A stretch of DNA of 64,000 bases from positions 372,001-436,000 of the forward strand of contig CATNEN010000030.1 of NCBI GenBank assembly GCA_950097015.1, read 5' to 3'. Of this stretch, positions 23,456-36,494 are shown one piece after another. The notes below the pieces were generated by a model, which had not been told where the DNA came from, made no database searches, and was given only the letters and a program-made list of their open reading frames with translations. The stretch's first letter is position 1. Every line of letters begins with the position of its first letter. Source of the stretch: Macrostomum hystrix (Eukaryota > Animalia > Platyhelminthes). The translations under genes and the position numbers were made by a program.

Positions 23456-23904
23456 ATATAATAACTTCAGTGAGCTTTATTAGGTAAATATTCTCGTATT
23501 TGTACAAGGCTCATGCCTAGGTCACTCTGTAAAAACCTACGTTTTTGGGACAAAATGTTCGCCAATGCAGATCCAGCATTCTATGCCTTGACCCCCCAAT
23601 GCCCCATTCAGAGTTCGCAGTTAATCTCACATCGCTCTTGTTTGGTCAGGCTAGCACCAGTGGCGACAGAGAATCTGCAGCATCCTTCTCAATCGCTTAC
23701 ATAGACTTTTAGTTGGTGAGATCCGGGGCTGTCTTATACATATTTTATTACCGAGCCATAGCATTTTATGACTCGCAATTCCTACTCGAGTGCAGGCTTA
23801 AATCAGAAAATGACTAGTATATAGTTTTCGTTTGTAAATAGTTAAACTTCGTGGCATATATGTTTGTGATTTTTAACATCACATAGTTCTAGTCCTAAAT
23901 CTTT

Positions 23905-24125
23905 CTTACTAGGTCACGACTTGAAGGTCAAGGGTTCGATTCCCGACTCAACTAGAACAATTAGTGTCCTTTAGCAAAACGCTAAAGTCTACATTTCATC
24001 AGGTCACACAGCTTTTAAATGCGTACCAGCATTAGCTGGGGTAATGTTATGTCAGTCCATGGACTGGGCTTGAGGCGCCGCGCAATAGCTGCGGCTGTAC
24101 TGTCGGCTGCACATCTGGCCCGTTC
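23905..24125 (+). mobile_element. tRNA-derived SINE (second head type)
   Basis: B-box GGTTCGATTCC at ~23935; CAGTCCATGGACTG and GCGCCGCGCAATAGCTGCGGCTGTACTG shared with 54.7 kb and 7.0 kb copies. Confidence 0.72.
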
Positions 24126-24295
24126 GGGGCAGGTGGGATCAATTGAAATCGGTAAAACCGGATCCCAGATTTGTCCCAGTGTTCTCATTATTAGGCTAAA
24201 TAGGAGAATGCGTTACCACCCTGTTACCATCTGTCCCTGACATAGACACCTCTATTTGTATAGCCTATAGGAGGGAGGAGGTGGGGGTGGCCCGG

Positions 24296-26289
24296 TCACT
24301 CGCGTGTGCACTTTGCGCAGGCGCCGCGCAAGTGCAGCAGGCCAGTGAAGGCCTTGCGAAAGTCCACATTAAATATGGTGTAAATTATTGGATTGATGGC
24401 CGAGTTCACATAGCCCAGCCACACGCACAGGCTGTAGACGTCATTGCGCACTTGAAAGTTCAACGCCTCGCCCAGGTACACGACGAAGAAGGGCAGCCAG
24501 CAGAGCATAAAGATGCCCATGATGATGCCTAGCGTGCGCAGTGCTCTGCGCTCCCTGCTTAGCGAGATCTTCTGCCTCTGGCGCGAATGCTCCAGCATCC
24601 TGTGTCGCTCTCTCGAGTCAATACCATCGGCTTTATCAGCTGGCGCCACTGCCGACGCCGTCAAGATGTTGCCAGCGTCCTTCGCTGTTGCCGAGGCAGC
24701 CGGAGCAGTCGCCGATCCGACGGCGGACGATCGGCCGCCGTCTGCATTGGCGTTGACGGTGGCCGCCACCACGACTGCAGCCGAGGCAGCCGCCGCGGAA
24801 GCGACCTGGGCGACTTCCACATCATCGGCTTCATCGTCCTTGCCATCGCTGCTGTCATCCTGGGGTGGGCGGTCGGGGTCGGTTTCGGTCTCATTCTGTG
24901 CCTCTCTGTCTCTGCCTCTTCCTTTCACTCCGTGTGTTTCAAACCCCGCTTTTCTCTGATTGGCTAGTCAAGGTCGCGGGGTCATACGCTCGTAGCTCAT
25001 TGGCCAAAATTCTGATTGGACAAAACCGTGAAGCTCAAATTTTCGGAGTTTGATGTAAACATTGTTTCAATGGTTTTTTCTATGTAAGTAAAATCAATTG
25101 CTATAATAATAATTTAGTTTTTAGATGCGCATTTCGAAGAAAGCCATCGTATTTCCCTTGTTTCCCTAGAACGTACGAGATAGAGAGAGAATAAGGACAC
25201 ACAAGTAACCGAATAAGAAAATTCTTATCAAACAGCTCATGAGTGCCTGAAGGATTTGGCGATGCAAATATTTAGTATTCTCATCGTTCTCATCGTTCGA
25301 CTACAGAATGATGATCCAACTAGTCGCCCCAAAACTACAAGAGCAGTCATTCGGTTGGCTCCTGTACTTCACACTCCATATAAGCGTGAAGTGTGCTTGT
25401 GTCAGGGCGAGAATACAAGTGAGATTGCTAAAGCGAATGGGAGAAGGCAAAGCGCAGTAATGAGCGGAGGTGGAGTCCACGAGCCGGCTGCTGCTGCTGC
25501 TGCTGCTGCTGCGGCGGCGGCAGCGGTGGCGGCGGTGGCGGCAGCGGCTTTCGAGATGCCGAGTGAAGAGGCATGCTGCAGAATTTCGCCATTAATACGA
25601 GAAGAAGGATGAGACAAGAGGCTGGGCGGAAAGAAAGAGAGGAGAAAATAGGAGAAGAAGGGAGGGAGGATGACGACAGAAAGAGTGGGAGAAGAGGGAC
25701 CGAACGAGGCGTGTGTCCTCATCCAATTAACTGGCTTCCACCCCTGAGCTCAGCACACCAAATATATGCGAGAAAGTCTTGCTGACGACCATAGCAGAGC
25801 CGCGAGAGGAGAGGGAATCGCGATGGGAAGGAAGCTGAAGTCTTCCTGTTGTCACCCTCTCACACCCTTCTTCTGTCTGGCGGAGAGAGCATGGCGGCTT
25901 GGTCATTCGACCCCTCAACCCCAAGCCACGTCGCTGTTTGATGTCTTGCCCGGCGTTGGCGGCGACGGTGGCGGTGGCGGCGACGGCTGTGGCGGCGGTC
26001 GCAGTTTGAGATTTCCGCAAGCCAACGATGAAGTGAAGAAGGAGGCTCAGACAGACTAATGCAATGCCCTCTCCGCTGCAGGCCAAGTTGCTTGGTTTAA
26101 ACAAGTATTCCTCACGCATACGCTCACTTACTCGGCCTTCACTATGGGATCTCAGGGCTAGTTGGGACCGCGAACTCTCAGCCCCGCGACTCTTGTTCCC
26201 CCCTGGCTGGAGTGCCAATGGGGCGATGCAAACTGGCCGCTAATCCCATTCAGCCCCCGCCCATTCGCTGCTTTTCTTCTCTCGCATTC

Positions 26290-26323
<34 letters not shown>

Positions 26324-29300
26324 CATTTATTACTTGAAGGGTGAACTTCCGTGCTGCTATGGGGAAGCTGCAGGCGCGCGACTTTCGCACCACTCCCCTG
26401 CTGGACCAGACCGGACCCTCCGCTTCCGCGTTTCCGCCCTCGGCTCTAAGAGGATTTTGGCCAAAGAATTCTCGATTCAGGAGAACTTTCTCCCTGTCTG
26501 TCCCTCCTTAATTGCCCCCTACTCACCAGTTCTCGTGAATCTAAACTGACCATTCTTTCCCTGAGCTTTGCCCTATAGTTCCTCGATTGCAATTTTCCTA
26601 ATTTGTCTTTGATGAAATCTAGTCGAAAATCTCTATGCCCGCATGACTTGGCGAAGCTAATCGAATGGAGACAAGCCACAATGCTTAATGATGCGCCGTT
26701 TCTCGCAACGCTTCAAAGTACTTATGAAAAAATTGCTTTAAAAATGGCCCATAGCTACTGGAAAAGTGAATGCGATTGGAATGACAATAGAGACTGCCAA
26801 TCAGAGCACACAATTGAATCTATTCAATACCCAGTAGATAGTAAAAAAGTGAAATGAAAACAGTGAAACGATTGCATTTGCACCGAGTCTCTCTATCACT
26901 TTTCGGGTACCACCCCGGCGTCAACCTCACCCTGAGAAATCGAGGGTCTCTTGAAATCAGTCGACTGTGTCTACCCCGCCTACAGACCAAGCCCCTTCTT
27001 GCGCTTTTCCACTCACCGGATCAATGCTCTTCAGCCACCGGCGGCCCCCCACCTAAACCCAAAGAGGGAGTGCCGCTGCCGCTGCTGCTGCTGCTGCTGC
27101 TGCGGCTTGCAGACCTGCCTGAGGAGGAGACACAAGTAGAGAACGTCTCTTCCCGTCGCCCACGCCTTCCCCTCCAAACCTGAGAAGCTGTGGGCTCTAC
27201 CTCTCTCTCTTCCGACACCAATATTCTACTCAAGCAGCTGTAAAATGCTCAAATAGGGCCGCGAATCCGGTTCTCGTGATGCTAGCGATGGGGGAGAGAA
27301 CGGAAGAAAGAGAGAGAGAGCTAGGAACAGACGAGCTCTCGAAAGCGGAAAAATGGTTCAAAGTCCCCTTCATACGGTGGTGAATTTCCCATTTTATCGG
27401 CTTCAAAAAACCGCCTGACAGAATTCCCTGTCCTAACAAAAAATGCTGAACTTTAGCTAGAGACATTGTGTGTCTGTTGCAAAAGTACAAGCAGTTGAAG
27501 AAGATAAAAACCCAGACTCCAGAAATATTTAATGAAGTGGAGAAGACAGAACAAAGAGCTGGAGGAATTCAGAAAAAATGGAAAGTGAAGATTCAATTAC
27601 AGAAATGCGGAATAATCTACAGTACCTGTGCGCCTAATGGAATCTGAGACCATCACTACGAGATTTCGAGTAGGTTACAGGTAGAAATCTAGAACCTGAG
27701 ACTATTGCTCTAACCGGATTATATTCTCCAGGGTGAGCCCCATCGGGTGAGTTGGGACAATCGCAATGGGATTGGTAGCGCTCGGGAAAGTGCGCGAAGG
27801 CTTTGAGCAGCGTGGACAGACGGTGATAACACATTGGCGGCCGGTGTCCTCCTATGCGGCAGATAAGGCGGCAAATTTATTTCTTAGTCGCCTCGATGGC
27901 GAATCGATTTCTTTTTATTTATCTGGAGATTTTTTTAGCTGCAGGCCTAAGGAAACTCCTGCGCTCAGCTTAACAGATGAAGGAGATGAAAGACCTGCTC
28001 AAGCATGCTGCACTGCTCAGGCCTGACATTGGAATGCGGTTCAGCTGAACGGCGCGGATTGATTTTCGGCTTGTGACTGCGACAGAGAACGGAGAGAGAG
28101 ATCGGGTAGAAAGGGTAGAGAGAAATGAGGTTGAGAGGGAAGTGAGGTGGATTTCGGGTTGTGAGGGAGTGAGGTGGGTCAAGGTTTGAGAGGGGAGTTG
28201 AGGTGGGTGTCGGGCTGTGAAGATGTAAGGTGGGAGACGATAAGATCGGGAGTGAGGTGGCTGTCGGGTAGAGTAGGAGTGAGGTGGGTGTCGGGTAGAG
28301 AGGAAGTGAGGTGGGTGTCGGGTAGAGAAGGAGTGAGGAGTGTGTCGGGTAGAGAAGGAGTGAGGTGGGTGTCGGGTAGAGAGGGAGTGAGGTGGGTGTC
28401 GGGTAGAGAGGGAGTGAGTTGTGTACAAGGTTGAGATTGAGTGAGGTGAGGTAGGAAAATATGTCAGGTTTATGCACTATTAGATTCTACTGTCGTTTTC
28501 TCCAGTCGCCTTGAAATGCTCCCCCTGCACTATCACTATGCGTCTCGCTTCCACGATCTGTCTGAGCTGGAAGGGCTGAGAAATCTCATGGCTAATGCTC
28601 GCAAAATATTTTCCGTGACCCTTCCGGCTAATTATCTCCTGCGCGCGGGAAGTAAAACGCCTTTGGCTCCAAGCACCCTGGTCTATTAGTTCTGGGGCGT
28701 CGCCCCGAGTCAACAGGCCTACGCCCTGGGGCTAAATTGGCCAGTTTTTATAAGTTAGCTGGGAGTTGAGGAGTCGGAAAATCTCCCGTCAATAGGATCG
28801 CGATTAGGCCAACAAGAATTTTAATCTACTCTGAACCACAGCCTCACTGGTCTAATTAGTATCTTGGGAAAGTACGACAATACAGCTTTGCAGCTCCATA
28901 GATGGGCGAGTCGATAACGTATATGAGAGCAGGGGATTGATAGAGTAGAGTAGGTGAGAACAGGGTATGTAAAGATGAGGACAGGGTATGTAAAGATGCA
29001 GACAGGGTATGTAAAGATGAGGACAGGGTATGTGTAGATGAGAACAGTGTATGTAAAGATGAGGACAGGGTATGTAAAGATGAGGACAGGGAATGTAAAG
29101 ATGCAGACAGGGTATGTAAAGATGAGGACAGGGTATGTGTAGATGAGAACAGTGTATGTAAAGATGAGGACAGGGTATGTAAAGATGAGGACAGGGAATG
29201 TAAAGATGAGGACAGGGTATGTAAAGATGAGGACAGGGTATGTAAAGATGAGGACAGGGTATGTAAAGATGAGGACAGTATGTAAAGATGAGAACAGGGT

Positions 29301-32300
29301 ATGTAAAGGTGCGGACAGGGTATGTAAAGATGAGAACAGGGTATGCAAAAGATGAGGACAGGGTATGTAAAGATGAGGACAGGGTATGTGTAGATGAGAG
29401 CAGGGTATGTAAAGATGAGGACAGGGTATGTAAAGATGAGGACAGGGTATGTAAAGATGAGGACAGGGTATGTAAAGATGAGGACAGGGTATGTAAAGAT
29501 GAGGACAGGGTATGTAAAGATGAGGACAGGGTATGTAAAGATGAGGACAGGGTATGTAAAGATGAGAACAGGGTATGTAAAGATGAGAACAGGGTATGTA
29601 AAGATGAGGACAGGGTATGTAAAGATGAGAATAGGGTATGTAAATATGAGGACAGGGTATGTAAATATGAGGACAGGGTATGTAAAGATGAGGACAGGGT
29701 ATGTAAAGATGAGGACAGTATGTGTAGATGAGAACAGGGTATGTAAGGATGAGGACAGGGTATGTAAAGATGAGAACAGGGTATGTAAAGATGAGGACAG
29801 GGTATGTAAAGATGAGGACAGGGTATGTAAAGATGAGGACAGGGTATGTAAAGATGAGGACAGGGTATGTAAAGATGAGGACAGGGTATGTAAAGATGAG
29901 GACAGGGTATGGAAAGATGAGGACAGGGTATGTAAAGATGCGGACAGGGTATGTAAAGATGAGGACAGGGTATGTAAAGATGAGGACAGGGTATGTAAAG
30001 ATGAGGACAGGGTATGTAAAGATGAGGACAGGGTATATAAAGATGAGAACAGGGTATGTAAAGATGAGGACAGGGTATGTAAAGATGAGGACAGGGTATG
30101 TAAAGATGAGGACAGGGTATATAAAGATGAGAACAGGGTATGTAAAGATGAGGACAGGGTATATAAAGATGAGGACAGGGTATGTAAAGATGAGGACAGG
30201 GTATGTAAAGATGAGAACAGGGTATGTAAAGATGCGGACAGGGTATGTAAAGATGAGAACAGGGTATGTAAAGATGCGGACAGGGTATGTAAAGATGAGG
30301 ACAGGGTATGTAAAGATGCGGACAGGGTATGTAAAGATGAGGACAGGGTATGTAAAGATGAGGACAGGGTATGTAAAGATGAGGACAGGGTATGTAAAGA
30401 TGAGGACAGGGTATATAAAGATGAGAACAGGGTATGTAAAGATGAGGACAGGGTATGTAAAGATGAGGACAGGGTATGTAAAGATGAGGACAGGGTATAT
30501 AAAGATGAGAACAGGGTATGTAAAGATGAGGACAGGGTATATAAAGATGAGGACAGGGTATGTAAAGATGAGGACAGGGTATGTAAAGATGAGAACAGGG
30601 TATGTAAAGATGCGGACAGGGTATGTAAAGATGAGAACAGGGTATGTAAAGATGCGGACAGGGTATGTAAAGATGAGGACAGGGTATATAAAGATGAGGA
30701 CAGGGTATGTAAAGATGAGGACAGGGTATGTAAAGATGAGAACAGGGTATGTAAAGATGAGGACAGGGTATATAAAGATGAGGACAGGGTATGTAAAGAT
30801 GAGAATAGGGTATGTATAGTTGAGAACAAGGAATGGGACAGGTGAGTACAGGGAATGGAACAGGTGAGATCTGGGTAGGAGACGGGTGAGAACAGGGAAT
30901 AGGGCAGGTGAGAACAGAGAATGGGACAAGTGAGAACAGGGTAGGAGACAGGTGAGAACAGGGAATGGGACGGGTGAGAACAGGGAATGGGACAGGTGAG
31001 AACAGAGAATGGGACAGGTGAGAACAGGGAATGGGACATTTGAGAACAGGGTATGAGACAGTGATGAAGCAGGTGAGAACAGGGAATGGGACATTTGAGA
31101 ACAGGGTATGAGACAGTGATGAAGCAGGTGAGAACAGGGTTCGGGACGATCCTGGAGTCCATATAGACGCCTGGAGAGTGTGCAGTTGTTGAGCACTAGC
31201 ATGAGCAAAGTACACAGTTGAGTAAGTCCCTTGCTAGGAGCAGCAGTGCACAGCTCACTGTGAATTAGTCTCATTGCAAAGCACAAAGCAAAATGAAATT
31301 CGCACAGAAACTGCATCAGAGCAGAAAATACATAATTCGGGAAAATTCTAATATTGCGATGCTATAATTAAATGGCAAAAAAGCCTGAGAAGTTGCTAGG
31401 CATTCATTTCCTGCCTTCAGGCGGTCTGTCGCCGCCCCAGTTGGCCCTAGAAAATTTTGCTTAACTTTTTGTAGTTTTTGGGCCCTAGCTATTCATTAGA
31501 ATCACAATGGACAGATCTGGTCTTCGTTTTTGTTTTGTAAGCAAACTTTTTTGTTATAGTTGTCTACGGATTATTGTATTGTTCTCAGCCATTGTTTAGG
31601 GTCCTAATAGCAAAAACACGAATTTTTTTATCCAAGTTCCATACCAAATTCAATGACACCAACAGGATACCTAAAAATTCGATCCGATCCTAAAATTCAC
31701 ATGAAAATCGTTCCTCAATTCTAATATTTAACGATGTCAAATCCTTGTCAAATCCTACTTAAAATCCAGTTGAAATCCCATGTCAGATCCTCCCGAATTT
31801 CCCCTCGATTTCCATCTGAAAGTTCTCCCCTTCTCTCCCCACCCTTGTAGCCCTGCACTTGAATCTTCGGACTGAACGATCGGAGGTCGAGAGTTCGAAT
31901 TTTAGCTCGAGGACAGCTTTTAGCTTGGTTGGTTCTCGCACCAAGGTCCCTGAGCTCGATTCTGTGGCGAGGCCACATTCAGTTTGGGGCGCAGCCGCGG
32001 AGAGAAGGCTTGGGGGCTTGTCGTGCAATTTACGCCCTTGAGGGCCAACCTCCAAGGTACAATGAAACGTACACTGCCTGACGATGAGAAAGTCAGGGCA
32101 GATGTACACACCTGTGTGAGCGTATGCCTGCGTACAGTATCTGTGTGCGTGTGTGCTCAGGAGTCAGCGAAACGGGCAGTATTGCCTCCAGCTGTAAATG
32201 GATGCCAGCATCTGCTGGGGGGTAGAAACTTTGGTGGGTGTGGCGACCTCCCCAGTCCACGGACTGTGCGCAGCCTCTAAAGGCGCGGCTGCGCCAGAGT

Positions 32301-33095
32301 TCATGTGGCCCAACTGGTAAAGTTTCTCCTCTCTCTATATTACTACTCAAAACCGGCCGAGATGCTCACCGGGTTGACCTCATGCCGCTCCGATGGCAGC
32401 CGGGTGAGTCTCGCGGCCGCTGAGGCGGCGGCTCGCTTCTGCAGCCTCTTGCGGAGCGCAAAGAAGATGCTGATGTACAACGAGACAATGATCACAGCCG
32501 GTATGTAGAAGCTGCCTAGAGCGCTGAACACAATGTAGCCTTTGTCGTCGGGCAGTTTGCACCGATCGACGGTGCGGTTGCTCCCGGCGGCTGCGCCTCT
32601 GGCGGCGCCCCAGCTGAGGACGGGCCCAACGCTGATGGCGCCGCTGAGGCCGAAGACGGCGGCGATCATGATCAGCACGGTGGTGGTCGTTCTCTTGCTG
32701 GCGTACATAATCGGATACTTGATGGCGCAGTAGCGATCGACCGCGATGGCGGCCAGGTTCAGGATGCTGGCCGTGCAGAAGAAAATGTCCGACGTCGTGA
32801 ACACTGTGCACACAATGTCTGGCAGGAGCCACAGGTCGTTGGTTAAATAGACTTTCACCTGTAGCGGCAGTACCAGAATTCCTACCGCCATGTCTGCACA
32901 GGCCAAGCTGACAATGAGAAAGTTCTGCGCCTGTCTCAGGCCGCGATAGGTGAAAACGGCTAGGATTACCAGCACATTGCCTACTACAGTGAGCAAAATC
33001 ACGAGGCACATTAGCGGCACAGCTAGCCATTTTTCAATTGGAACTGAGCTCATTTTAGTCAGCGGTGACGTCTGCGACTGCTCAGTGCTGGACAT
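24296..33095 (-). CDS. Tyramine/octopamine-type biogenic amine GPCR; exon 1 33095-32370 (TM1-5), exon 2 24955-24296 (ICL3, TM6-7)
   Basis: GNVLVI, LACAD, TM3 SDIFFCTASILNL with amine-binding Asp, DRY, GYIVFSALGSFYIP, KISLSRERRALRTLGIIMG, CWLPFF, NPIIY; donor CCG/GTGAGC at 32369 and acceptor at 24956 are both phase 0. Confidence 0.93.
28140..28455. repeat. 27-bp G-rich minisatellite (GAGTGAGGTGGGTGTCGGGTAGAGAGG)
   Basis: Tandem units in the amine receptor intron. Confidence 0.9.
28960..30815. repeat. 21-bp minisatellite (CAGGGTATGTAAAGATGAGGA)n
   Basis: ~88 copies; source of the 363-831 aa artefact ORFs. Confidence 0.98.
30820..31140. repeat. Related 22-bp degenerate repeat (GGTGAGAACAGGGAATGGGACA)
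   Basis: Continues from the 21-mer array and shares GAACAGGG. Confidence 0.88.
31934..32345 (+). mobile_element. tRNA-derived SINE, type-B tail, head truncated; antisense in the receptor intron ~25 bp from the donor
   Basis: ~99% identical by eye to 56620-56990 over the body. Confidence 0.85.
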
Positions 33096-33362
33096 AGTTG
33101 AAACTGCTCTCCGGCTTCGCTCGAGTCAGCAGGGGTCAACTGGTACTGTTTCACATCGTCACCGCTTTGAAGCCACTACAACAGCCTTGCAAAGACAGTC
33201 GCTGACATGGAGCTACGGGATTGGCTGGAATCTGCTAGCCAATCGGCTTGGAGATACAGCTCCAAGATTGAGGCTTGCCTGTAGGCAGCTGAGTTTTATG
33301 AGTTTCTAAAGCAATTTAATTGACCCATCACAATGACCCTAAATTTTGGCGTTTCCTAATGG

Positions 33363-33743
33363 ACACTGAAGCTTGGCCTCTCACACTGAAGCTTGGCCTC
33401 TCACACTGAAGCTTGGCCTCTCACACTGAAGCTTGGCCTCTCACACTGAAGCTTGGCCTCTCACACTGAAGCTTGGCCTCTCACACTGAAGCTTGGCCTC
33501 TCACACTGAAGCTTGGCCTCTCACACTGAAGCTTGGCCTCTCACACTGAAGCTTGGCCTCTCACACTGAAGCTTGGCCTCTCACACTGAAGCTTGGCCTC
33601 TCACACTGAAGCTTGGCCTCTCACACTGAAGCTTGGCCTCTCACACTGAAGCTTGGCCTCTCACACTGAAGCTTGGCCTCTCACACTGAAGCTTGGCCTC
33701 TCACACTGAAGCTTGGCCTCTCACGCTGAAGCTTGGCCTCTCA
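33363..33743. repeat. 20-bp minisatellite (CACTGAAGCTTGGCCTCTCA) x19
   Basis: Almost invariant array ~270 bp upstream of the amine receptor ATG. Confidence 0.98.
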
Positions 33744-33769
33744 ATATGCTCTCTAATTTTTTGTCTCGC

Positions 33770-35850
33770 CTATGCATGTACAAGTGATGGATAGCCTATG
33801 AATGTACAAGTGATGGATAGTCTATGGATGTACAAGTGATGGATAGCCTATGAATGTACAAGTGATGGATAGTCTATGAATGTACAAGTGATGGATAGCC
33901 TATGAATGTACAAGTGATGGATAGTCTATGAATGTACAAGTGATGGATAGTCTATGAATGTACAAGTGATGGATAGCCTATGAATGTACAAGTGATGGAT
34001 AGCCTATGAATGTACAAGTGATGGATAGCCTATGAATGTACAAGTGATGGATAGCCTATGGATGTACAAGTGATGGATAGCCTATGAATGTACAAGTGAT
34101 GGATAGCCTATGGATGTACAAGTGATGGATAGCCTATGGATGTACAAGTGATGGATAGCCTATGGATGTACAAGTGATGGATAGCCTATGAATGTACAAG
34201 TGATGGATAGCCTATGAATGTACAAGTGATGGATAGTCCTATGGATGTACAAGTGATGGATAGCCTATGAATGTACAAGTGATGGATAGTCTATGAATGT
34301 ACAAGTGATGGATAGCCTATGAATGTACAAGTGATGGATAGTCTATGAATGTACAAGTGATGGATAGCCTATGAATGTACAAGTGATGGATAGTCTATGA
34401 ATGTACAAGTGATGGATAGCCTATGAATGTACAAGTGATGGATAGTCTATGGATGTACAAGTGATGGATAGCCTATGAATGTACAAGTGATGGATAGCCT
34501 ATGGATGTACAAGTGATGGATAGCCTATGGATGTACAAGTGATGGATAGCCTATGGATGTACAAGTGATGGATAGCCTATGAATGTACAAGTGATGGATA
34601 GCCTATGAATGTACAAGTGATGGATAGTCTATGAATGTACAAGTGATGGATAGCCTATGAATGTACAAGTGATGGATAGCCTATGAATGTACAAGTGATG
34701 GATAGCCTATGGATGTACAAGTGATGGATAGCCTATGAATGTACAAGTGATGGATAGCCTATGAATGTACAAGTGATGGATAGTCTATGGATGTACAAGT
34801 GATGGATAGCCTATGAATGTACAAGTGATGGATAGTCTATGAATGTACAAGTGATGGATAGCCTATGAATGTACAAGTGATGGATAGTCTATGAATGTAC
34901 AAGTGATGGATAGCCTATGAATGTACAAGTGATGGATAGTCTATGAATGTACAAGTGATGGATAGCCTATGAATGTACAAGTGATGGATAGTCTATGAAT
35001 GTACAAGTGATGGATAGCCTATGAATGTACAAGTGATGGATAGCCTATGAATGTACAAGTGATGGATAGCCTATGAATGTACAAGTGATGGATAGCCTAT
35101 GGATGTACAAGTGATGGATAGCCTATGAATGTACAAGTGATGGATAGCCTATGAATGTACAAGTGATGGATAGCCAATGGATGTACAAGTGATGGATAGC
35201 CTATGAATGTACAAGTGATGGATAGTCTATGAATGTACAAGTGATGGATAGCCTATGAATGTACAAGTGATGGATAGTCTATGAATGTACAAGTGATGGA
35301 TAGCCTATGAATGTACAAGTGATGGATAGCCTATGAATGTACAAGTGATGGATAGTCTATGAATGTACAAGTGATGGATAGCCTATGAATGTACAAGTGA
35401 TGGATAGTCTATGAATGTACAAGTGATGGATAGCCTATGAATGTACAAGTGATGGATAGCCTATGGATGTACAAGTGATGGATAGCCTATGAATGTACAA
35501 GTGATGGATAGCCTATGAATGTACAAGTGATGGATAGCCAATGGATGTACAAGTGATGGATAGCCTATGAATGTACAAGTGATGGATAGCCTATGAATGT
35601 ACAAGTGATGGATAGCCTATGGATGTACAAGTGATGGATAGCCTATGAATGTACAAGTGATGGATAGCCTATGGATGTACAGGTGATGGATAGCCTAGGC
35701 ATGTACAGTTAATGGATTGCCTTATGCATGTACAGTTAATGGATTGCCTATGCATGTACAGGTGATGGATAGCCTAGGCATGTACAGGTGATGGATAGCC
35801 TATGCATGTACAGTTAATGGATAGGCTATGGATGTACAGGTGATGTATAG
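33770..35850. repeat. 26-bp minisatellite (TGTACAAGTGATGGATAGCCTATGAA)n
   Basis: ~80 copies. Confidence 0.98.
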
Positions 35851-36494
35851 GCTATACGTTTTCGTCATTTTGACCATTATTAATTTCAGATAGTCCTTTC
35901 TGATCAATATTTGTGCCAGAATTGTTACTCTTCAAGTTAACTTGATTAAAAGTGCACGAGCTAACCAGCTTGTTAACCAGCTAGTGACTGGGAAATATTT
36001 TTATATTCTTCTAGTTTTGCCGTTCCATTCTATTTCTAGGCTTCATTACTTCGAAAGCACTTCGATCAGACATCGACTTTCACTTTTTCTATCCACCAAG
36101 TTTCTATTCGATCGCGTGGTCTGAACTGAATGCACCGTTTCAAGTGCACTTTGATTGGGTTGAGAACCAGTGGATCCCTTTGGCGCGACCGAATCACACT
36201 TGAAGTTGTGCAGACAGTAGGATCTTGGTTAGGTGGTGACAATACATATAGCTAAGCATTTCAAAATAGCGGTTCAATGCATCAAGCCTATCTTGAGTTT
36301 TCGATCCAATTATAAATAAAAGACTTTTATTATAAATAAACAGAGTCTACTGACTCTGTTTTGATGCAAAAAGCTACTCATGACAAATTAAATGAGCATT
36401 GATCGCAAAATTTTTAGTGCAAACTGCTCAAAAACTGACAGGGTCACTGATTAGCTTGAATGGGCTTGTTAACTAGGTGAAAGGCAACGGTCAT

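Noticed and set aside
24281-25053. Plus-strand ORFs overlapping receptor exon 2 (similarly antisense ORFs over the ENaC and GPCR exons)
   Set aside because: Shadow ORFs of GC-rich coding sequence.
28821-31316. 831/787/768/483/363-aa ORFs
   Set aside because: Translations of the 21-bp minisatellite on both strands.
32074-32101. Hammerhead-like CTGACGA...GAAA inside the SINE body
   Set aside because: Only TGA lies between CUGACGA and GAAA (no stem II), and the segment folds as a simple hairpin CTGCCTGAC/GTCAGGGCAG.
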